A stretch of DNA of 64,000 nt, taken from contig JBGASG010000005.1 of assembly GCA_044229845.1 (NCBI GenBank), positions 349,078 through 413,077 of the forward strand. The letters run 5' to 3'. The translations under genes and the position numbers were made by a program. The notes beneath the pieces are model-generated. The model did no database searches and had not been told where the DNA came from. It was given only the letters and a program-made list of their open reading frames with translations. The DNA is from Candidatus Obscuribacteraceae bacterium (lineage in GTDB: Bacteria > Cyanobacteriota > Vampirovibrionia > Obscuribacterales > Obscuribacteraceae). Below, piece after piece: positions 58,448 to 64,000 of the stretch (within the stretch, counting starts at the first letter, position 1; each line of letters opens with the position of its first letter).

Positions 58448-58855
58448 TCACCTCACGGCGGGTACTTTTGGGGTGGCCTTTTGGCTTGATCCCGGGCTTT
58501 CCCGGCGGTAGCGCTTCAGTCTCTTCACAGAATCGGTGTCGATGCCCTCCAGAAGCAGGAGAAGGTCGGATCGTTCCATCTCCAGTGCTTCATACTCGCC
58601 GTTCACGAACCGCACCTCTGGAAAACGGAATGTTCCGACTTCGAGACGCTTTGCAAAAATGGCAAAGCCGTCGAGGTCCCACCAGAGAATTTTGATGAAG
58701 TCCCCGCGCCGACTGCGGAAGAGAAACAGCGATCCAGAAAATGGATCCTGGTGCACGAGCGATTGAACAAGTCCGAACAGTCCGTCGAACGAACGCCGCA
58801 TGTCGACCGGCTTTGTGCAAACGAAAATCCGCACCGATGGTGACAAGTTAAACAC
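58448..58855 (-). CDS. tnpB: IS66 accessory protein TnpB
   Basis: PVDMRRSFDGL, DPFSG.LFLF, IKILWWD..GF....KRLE.GTF. Confidence 0.93.
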   Translation of the reverse strand: MFNLSPSVRIFVCTKPVDMRRSFDGLFGLVQSLVHQDPFSGSLFLFRSRRGDFIKILWWDLDGFAIFAKRLEVGTFRFPEVRFVNGEYEALEMERSDLLLLLEGIDTDSVKRLKRYRRESPGSSQKATPKVPAVR

Positions 58856-59298
58856 TACGATTTCTCCAGTGTGGTGATTACCGAAGCGAGGAAGTCTGGA
58901 GAAGAACCTGACGGCAGTCGAAGAGTGATACCACTGGGTAGAATGATTTCCAACACACCGTTGGATGGCGGAAGGTCCTCTAACCTGCGTGGCTCGACCA
59001 GCCTCACTTCCCGGAATTCGAACTCCTGGGGCCGGACCTCGCGTGGCTTGGAAGGACGGTCCGCGCGTCCCGTTTCCGTCCCGTCCCAGTGTTTGGTGCG
59101 ACGCTGCAAGAACTGATCCAGAGTGGATTTCTGGTATTTTGCAAGCCGCCCGACCTTCACGAAGGGTAAGTCATACCTCCCCGTGCAACTCCAGATCGCC
59201 AACGTATTGGGAGAGACGCCGAGATACTCGGCAGCTTCGTTCCGTGTCAGGAGTACGTCGCTGTCTTGGTGCCTATCCGTTTTTCTTGCTCGTGCCAT
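58855..59298 (-). CDS. IS66 TnpA-position protein with an excisionase-type HTH
   Basis: LLTRNEAAEYLGVSPNTL..W....LPFVKVGR; C-terminal F.EV.L...LEIILPSGITLRL typical of IS66 OrfA. Confidence 0.8.
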   Translation of the reverse strand: MARARKTDRHQDSDVLLTRNEAAEYLGVSPNTLAIWSCTGRYDLPFVKVGRLAKYQKSTLDQFLQRRTKHWDGTETGRADRPSKPREVRPQEFEFREVRLVEPRRLEDLPPSNGVLEIILPSGITLRLPSGSSPDFLASVITTLEKS

Positions 59299-59422
59299 GG
59301 CTTGCCCTCGGATACTCTTAGTGCAAGCGCTCTTCGCAGCTTCGAACTGGCAGCGCCGCATGTGCAATTAGCAAACCACGGCGACGCAAAATTGCCTACG
59401 ACGTGGACTACCGGACGCACAC

Positions 59423-60259
59423 AAAGATCCCAGCGATCTCGTTTCGCGCCTAAAGCTCTTGGGATTCTACTGGCAATACGAGAGTCAGGTCCTCGGAGTC
59501 TCACTCGAAAGATTCAGAAACGTGATGTGGCTAATATCAAACCACCCTACATATGATGACAGCTTACAAATCTACGCGCAGCTGGACCAATTCCCACTGA
59601 GGCTGTGGAATCAGGCTTCCGCAGCTTGGAATCTTCAGTCTGCGAAACATCAAACCGAAGCGCAAGTGTTTTTCAACTCAGCGGTATTTCACGCCCAAAG
59701 GAATTTTACGGTAGCCTACGCGCACTTCCAAACGGCCTGTGATTTGGACCGGATGAACTCCTTCTACTCCTACACGTTTTGCACGGAGCTGTTTCGTCAG
59801 TTCAGCAGTGTTGCCGCTGGGGAAGACAAACAGCGCTTTGCTTCAGACATTTTGGATCAAGGGGACCGGGCTCTCAAAGCCAGGCTCGATCATCACCAAT
59901 TCGAGTGGGAATGCCGGATGTACTTGTCTCAAGCAGCCCTAGCACTGAATAAGCCAGATTTGGCCGAGACCTATACAGAGCACGCGCCGCAAGGGGAGCA
60001 ATCCCAGGAGTTCTGCCAGGCGGTGGCCGGTCTTGCGGACCTACTTCGAGGTAACACTGCTGGCGCGAAAAAGCGGTTGGTTCTCACTGAGTCTGGCACA
60101 CGAATTGGGTTCCTGTCACTGCACCTCGCGGAGCAACTAATCGGAGTTGGAGAACAGACTTTTGTTTCAGAGTTTCTGTCTGGCTACTTAAAGGCAGAGA
60201 TCACTTCATCGGAGGTAAGTGACTGGCTCGATGACGTCAAATGCGGGCTGATTCCATAA
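59423..60259 (+). pseudogene. TPR-like protein, N-terminus truncated by IS66, convergent on Rhs cassette 2
   Basis: The open frame continues upstream of TTG 59459 as KDPSDLVSRLKLLGFY to the IS end; helical repeats. Confidence 0.6.
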
Positions 60260-60267
60260 ATACGCAT

Positions 60268-61161
60268 CTACTTTCCTTTGCCTCCAGACTCGCTGCATTT
60301 CGGCCATTCCTGACCGCTGTAATATGCACGCGCTCCTATTAGAACTGCTCCAATTCCAACGATGGCATTCATGCATTTGTTGTAGAAGCCGTTGCAGCAC
60401 CGCAGACAACCTCCGGTCGTTGGATAGAGATAGCCGTCGGCTCCGATTTCATTGATCATTTGATTCCTAATTTCTGTGCATAGGTTGCAGCTTCTTGTAC
60501 AAGTATTCCTGTTGTATCCACAGCAGCTCTTGTCGCCGACCTGGCAGTTTCTATAAGGCCGCGGAGCTGGATCAAGTCTAGCTGGAGGTCGCGTTGGCGC
60601 TAATCCACTTGGATCAATGTTCGTCAACGGTTCGTTGTCGACATAACCATAGAGATTGATGCCGCCTTCCTCTCCGATTGAGTCGCGACTCAGCCATCTT
60701 GCCAATGTGGGGCTGTACGCACGCGTTAAGGTGAGGAGCAGACCGCTCCTTGCGTGAGAGTAATAGCCTGCAGCGTACTCTCTCTGAGATACGAAGCTGC
60801 CCTGCAGCGGCACTTTTCGCCCGTATGGATCATAAGCAACCGATGTTTGCACACTTCCAGAACCGTCAGAGATTTCCCGAACCGAACCCAAATGGTCGAC
60901 GGTGTGAAAGTATGGGGTGCCAGAGACCATTTGCCCTTGAGCAAAGTACTGGGTGACAACGTTTCCCGAGTTGTCTCTCGCCTCTGCGCGATCCTCTGCG
61001 TCCCATACAAACTGGCTGGTGCTCGTAACAGACCCTGACACAGTCTCCACCAGTTTCACATTATGCCCTTGGGGGTCGTACATGAATTCCGTCTTATTAT
61101 TCATCCCTGGGTATGTGATCTTTCTAAAACCCGTCTGCACCGTGGGTGGTGCGGATGCCAC
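60268..61161 (-). CDS. Orphan Rhs core C-terminal cassette 2 with Cys-rich tip
   Basis: DHLGSVR, YDPYG, RAYSPTLARWLSRD, NLYGYVDNEPLTNIDPSG; possible start at ATG 61104. Confidence 0.88.
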   Translation of the reverse strand: MASAPPTVQTGFRKITYPGMNNKTEFMYDPQGHNVKLVETVSGSVTSTSQFVWDAEDRAEARDNSGNVVTQYFAQGQMVSGTPYFHTVDHLGSVREISDGSGSVQTSVAYDPYGRKVPLQGSFVSQREYAAGYYSHARSGLLLTLTRAYSPTLARWLSRDSIGEEGGINLYGYVDNEPLTNIDPSGLAPTRPPARLDPAPRPYRNCQVGDKSCCGYNRNTCTRSCNLCTEIRNQMINEIGADGYLYPTTGGCLRCCNGFYNKCMNAIVGIGAVLIGARAYYSGQEWPKCSESGGKGK

Positions 61162-61450
61162 ACAGCGATGGCAATGCGAGAAACAGTTAAAACGGATCCT
61201 TGTGATCGTTGTCGCCGCAGTGTCGACAACAAGGAAAATTTCAATCTGCGTTGATTTCGCTTCTTGGCTGTTTGCGTAGGTTATGGCTTATTACACTTCC
61301 TTGACTGTCGCAAGCTAATCCTCGCCCAAGCATTCCGGCACTTCAGGTGGACTGTGCCTTCAAGCGTCCGGCGCCTGTGCCTCTTTCGGAGCCGTTGTCG
61401 CGGCATGGTAAACTATCAGGAGACTATAGAATTTTCGTAGAACTGTTCGA

Positions 61451-61669
61451 ATGACTCAATCTCGAAACAAAAGACCAACCGTCGACCAGGTTTTGAAACT
61501 GGTGGATCAGCTGTCTCCGGAAGAACGTGAACAGCTGATGCAGGAGCTTAGGGCTGAGGATTTTCGCCGAGACATACAGAAGGGCATTGCCGCTGCGGAC
61601 CGTGGTGAATTGAAGCCAGCCGAGGAAGTGCTCGCCAAACTGCGCAAAAAAGCTCAGTCAAGACTGTAG
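61451..61669 (+). CDS. Putative antitoxin (ParD-like C-terminus)
   Basis: IQKGIAAADRGELKPAEEV; directly upstream of a ParE/RelE toxin. Confidence 0.75.
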   Translation: MTQSRNKRPTVDQVLKLVDQLSPEEREQLMQELRAEDFRRDIQKGIAAADRGELKPAEEVLAKLRKKAQSRL

Positions 61670-61677
61670 AGTTCAAC

Positions 61678-61983
61678 GTGAAGCTCCTCATCACTTCTGC
61701 TGCCGAACTCGATTTGGAAGAGATAGAAGCATACATTTCTAACGACAATCCAGCAGCAGCGGACCGTCTGTTGGCATCACTGTTGAAGCGATTCGAGGTC
61801 CTAGCGGAAATGCCAGGGATTGGTCGTCGGCGCGATAAGTTCGCACGAGGCGTCCGCAGCATCGCTGAAGGTGACTACGTTGTTCTCTATCGCGTGAAGA
61901 ACAACGCAGTTGAAATCCTTCGCGTGCTGCACGGCGCAATGGACCCAGAAAGAGTCATCGCCGAAACTCCTATTGAAGAGTGA
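61678..61983 (+). CDS. ParE/RelE-family type II toxin
   Basis: AELDLEEIEAYIS.DNPAAA, L..MPGIGR, YVVLYR, EILRVLHGAMD. Confidence 0.9.
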   Translation: MKLLITSAAELDLEEIEAYISNDNPAAADRLLASLLKRFEVLAEMPGIGRRRDKFARGVRSIAEGDYVVLYRVKNNAVEILRVLHGAMDPERVIAETPIEE

Positions 61984-62110
61984 TCACGATGACCAAGCTC
62001 TGTCATCGCTGAATATGCCTGCGCGACACCATTAACCATCGCTTGTCGAGCAATCGGCCTGCTGGAGAGAGGCGCACCGTCAGCGTTGCGAAATTGGGCG
62101 CCGTGCGTGC

Positions 62111-62383
62111 TCAATCACGAGAGGCTACGCAACCATAATACGGGTTGCCTGCCTCCAGATGCTGGATCACGCTGGCGATCTTGGCGACAATGTGCTGTGC
62201 GCGACCGCCGGAGATTCCCCAGAACTCGCCGACCTGCTTGAATGTCATGCCTTCTTCCGACACATACATGCCGTAGATTGCCCGGTTGCGCTTCCTGCTC
62301 CATGCCTGACTGCGGAAGTAGGGATGGTTCGGGAGAGCTTCCGGCAATTCAACAAGCTCGCCTTTGATCTTCATCGTGCGCAT
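62111..62383 (-). CDS. Small sigma70-region-4-like HTH protein
   Basis: GMTFKQVGEFWGISGGRAQHIV; 18 nt downstream of the integrase. Confidence 0.65.
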   Translation of the reverse strand: MRTMKIKGELVELPEALPNHPYFRSQAWSRKRNRAIYGMYVSEEGMTFKQVGEFWGISGGRAQHIVAKIASVIQHLEAGNPYYGCVASRD

Positions 62384-62401
62384 GGTGACAGAATACTGGC
62401 T

Positions 62402-63619
62402 TTACTCGTTCGATGCAATCTCTGTTTCTTTCGCCTTGCACAAAGCCACAAACTCGTTGGTGATCCTTTGCATGGGTTCACGCAGTCTCTCCACGTCGAC
62501 TACCACATAACCGAATGTGGTGTCGTTTCTGCCCGAGTGATTAGCGAGCTTCTTCAAAACGACGTATGAAAGTGCCAGTCGTTCGGCGACGGTTAGGAAG
62601 GTTCTGCGTAAATCATGCAATGTGAACGGGCAACCGGCCTTCTGCGCGACTCCGCTGATTACATGGTCCGAGTCGACGATGTGGCGCTTAGCGCTGCGCC
62701 CAGGAAACACATATTCAGCGTCCCCACGCTCCGCGTGTCGCCGCTTCAGCAGGTCTTCAAGGAAGTCGCTTAACGGCAGACGGTGTTCCTTGCCGTTCTT
62801 CGCAATCTCTGCCCGAATGGTCAACACCCTCGACTCGAAATCGATATCTGCCCACCGCAGTGTGGCGGCTTCGTTGCGACGCAAACCTGTGAAGAGTAAC
62901 AGTAGGAGGTAGTCTCTGATCGTCGGGTGCCGGAGCGACACAACGACTTGATACCAGTCCGGCAGCTTGTGGTCAGGGATCACCGTTTGCCGCCTGCGCT
63001 CTGGATACCAGCGGCGATTTTGTGACAGCCGCTTGACCGGGTTATATAAGATGATGGGTTTTTCGTCGATGTCGTAGTTGGCTGCAGCGAAGTTCAGCAG
63101 CGTGCCAAGCATGTGCATCACCGTGTTAGCCTGCGCCTCTCCCGATGTGCCTTGCCTCGTCGTCCTGCGCAGGTCCGAGTGTCGCTGCTCTACCATGTCC
63201 CGCGTGATTGAAACCACCGGCAGATCTAACCAGTCGCGAAGACAGCGCGTCACCATATATCGGTAACACCGGGTCGTGTTCGGCTTCAGATTTCTCACCG
63301 ACAAAAACTGTTCAAGGATGTCGTGCAGGGTGACACCGATGGTCTTCTTCTTCGCTCTTTCTACCATCGGGTCTTTGCCAGCGGCCATCATGGCTTGGAT
63401 CTTACGCGCTTTCTTTCGTGCCGTGGCTGGAGTCAGTGGGCCGTTTTTGCCCAGAGTGATTCTTCTGGCAACTCCATTGACTCGCGCCTCAACGACATAC
63501 GTCTTGCTTCCGGGGGTGACACGTAACGCGAGACCGACAAGCACGGTGTCCCGATAGATCTTCTGACCTCGCTCCGGAGGTTCTACTTCGTTCACAAACT
63601 TTTGGGTCAATTTGGGCAT
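62402..63619 (-). CDS. Tyrosine integrase with N-terminal arm-binding domain (P4/IntA-like)
   Basis: KLT..V, GLALRV, RRITLG; catalytic R (TGLRRNE), K (KNG), HDLRR, H (NHS), Y (FGY). Confidence 0.93.
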   Translation of the reverse strand: MPKLTQKFVNEVEPPERGQKIYRDTVLVGLALRVTPGSKTYVVEARVNGVARRITLGKNGPLTPATARKKARKIQAMMAAGKDPMVERAKKKTIGVTLHDILEQFLSVRNLKPNTTRCYRYMVTRCLRDWLDLPVVSITRDMVEQRHSDLRRTTRQGTSGEAQANTVMHMLGTLLNFAAANYDIDEKPIILYNPVKRLSQNRRWYPERRRQTVIPDHKLPDWYQVVVSLRHPTIRDYLLLLLFTGLRRNEAATLRWADIDFESRVLTIRAEIAKNGKEHRLPLSDFLEDLLKRRHAERGDAEYVFPGRSAKRHIVDSDHVISGVAQKAGCPFTLHDLRRTFLTVAERLALSYVVLKKLANHSGRNDTTFGYVVVDVERLREPMQRITNEFVALCKAKETEIASNE

Positions 63620-63768
63620 TCGTTCGCCTTTGAAATTTGGGGGTGTTTGTAAAGTTGTGTCGTCACTATGTCGACGACTTGAGCAAAAATTGCTTCTGCT
63701 ATGGCTGATTGGATGTGGCTTTCCGGGGTTTGCTGTTTTTTGATTTCAGAAAAATCCGCGCCAAGTCG

Positions 63769-63892
63769 CCATGCCCCCATGCGGAATAGCGGCGGACCGG
63801 GTTCCTGCTGTCAAGGCTGGCTGCGCAGCAGACACCCCGAAGGGGTTTAGCCTTGACAGTAGGGGTCCGCTGCTCGGCTTTAGCCGGCATGG
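63769..63892. other. Large nested inverted repeat (hairpin) upstream of the integrase
   Basis: CCATGCC/GGCATGG, AGCGGCGGACC/GGTCCGCTGCT, CCTGCTGTCAAGGCT/AGCCTTGACAGTAGG; inner ACCCC-GAA-GGGGT. Confidence 0.7.
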
Positions 63893-64000
63893 AGATTTCC
63901 CGTCAAATGTCAATCTGGTGAACGCGCGCAAACAAGTTCGCCAGTTGCGAAGCAACTGGCACCGTATTCAGTGCACTTCGATGTCGAACTAAGACGCTTT

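Larger units (their letters stand above)
56663..59422 (-). mobile_element. IS66-family insertion sequence (decayed), 2760 bp
   Basis: Terminal IRs GTGTGCGTCCGGTTCTTCACGTCCTAGGAAATT (56663) and the reverse complement of 59390-59422, matching at 28/33; tnpA-tnpB-tnpC inside. Confidence 0.9.

Noticed and set aside
63700..64000. tRNA or tmRNA integration site next to the integrase
   Set aside because: No cloverleaf, T-loop GTTCRA with CCA end, or tag reading frame recognised.

Overview
Bacterial chromosomal window. The gene set (LPS genes lpxB/msbA, split gcvPA, cyanobacteria-like LepB/SecG/SurE, many TPR and Ser/Thr kinase genes, a linked complex III-IV operon) suggests a non-photosynthetic cyanobacterial relative (Vampirovibrionia/Melainabacteria). 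That assignment is inference, not verified. 1-4 kb: two tandem signal peptidases, gcvPA, pth. 4.7-13.6 kb, the most notable feature: a 12-gene respiratory operon joining a cbb3-type (C-family) oxidase to a Rieske protein, two complementary-degenerate cytochrome b paralogues and an MvhD-like FeS protein. One cytochrome b keeps the Qo motifs but lacks both bH ligands. The other keeps all four His, has a degenerate Qo site and carries a C-terminal 2[4Fe-4S] domain. 13.6-53.3 kb: mostly housekeeping and accessory genes, including an msbA with an apparent in-frame loss of TM3, tandem kinase-TM-LRR genes, a membrane-anchored SF2 helicase and a lipoprotein ACP-like protein lacking the pantetheine Ser. 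53.3-64 kb: a mosaic mobile region with an internally deleted group II intron, two orphan Rhs cassettes each facing a convergent TPR-like gene, a decayed IS66 element with defined terminal IRs, a ParE/RelE toxin-antitoxin pair, a tyrosine integrase and a large hairpin. No rRNA, tRNA or CRISPR array was seen. All calls come from manual motif reading; no database searches were run.
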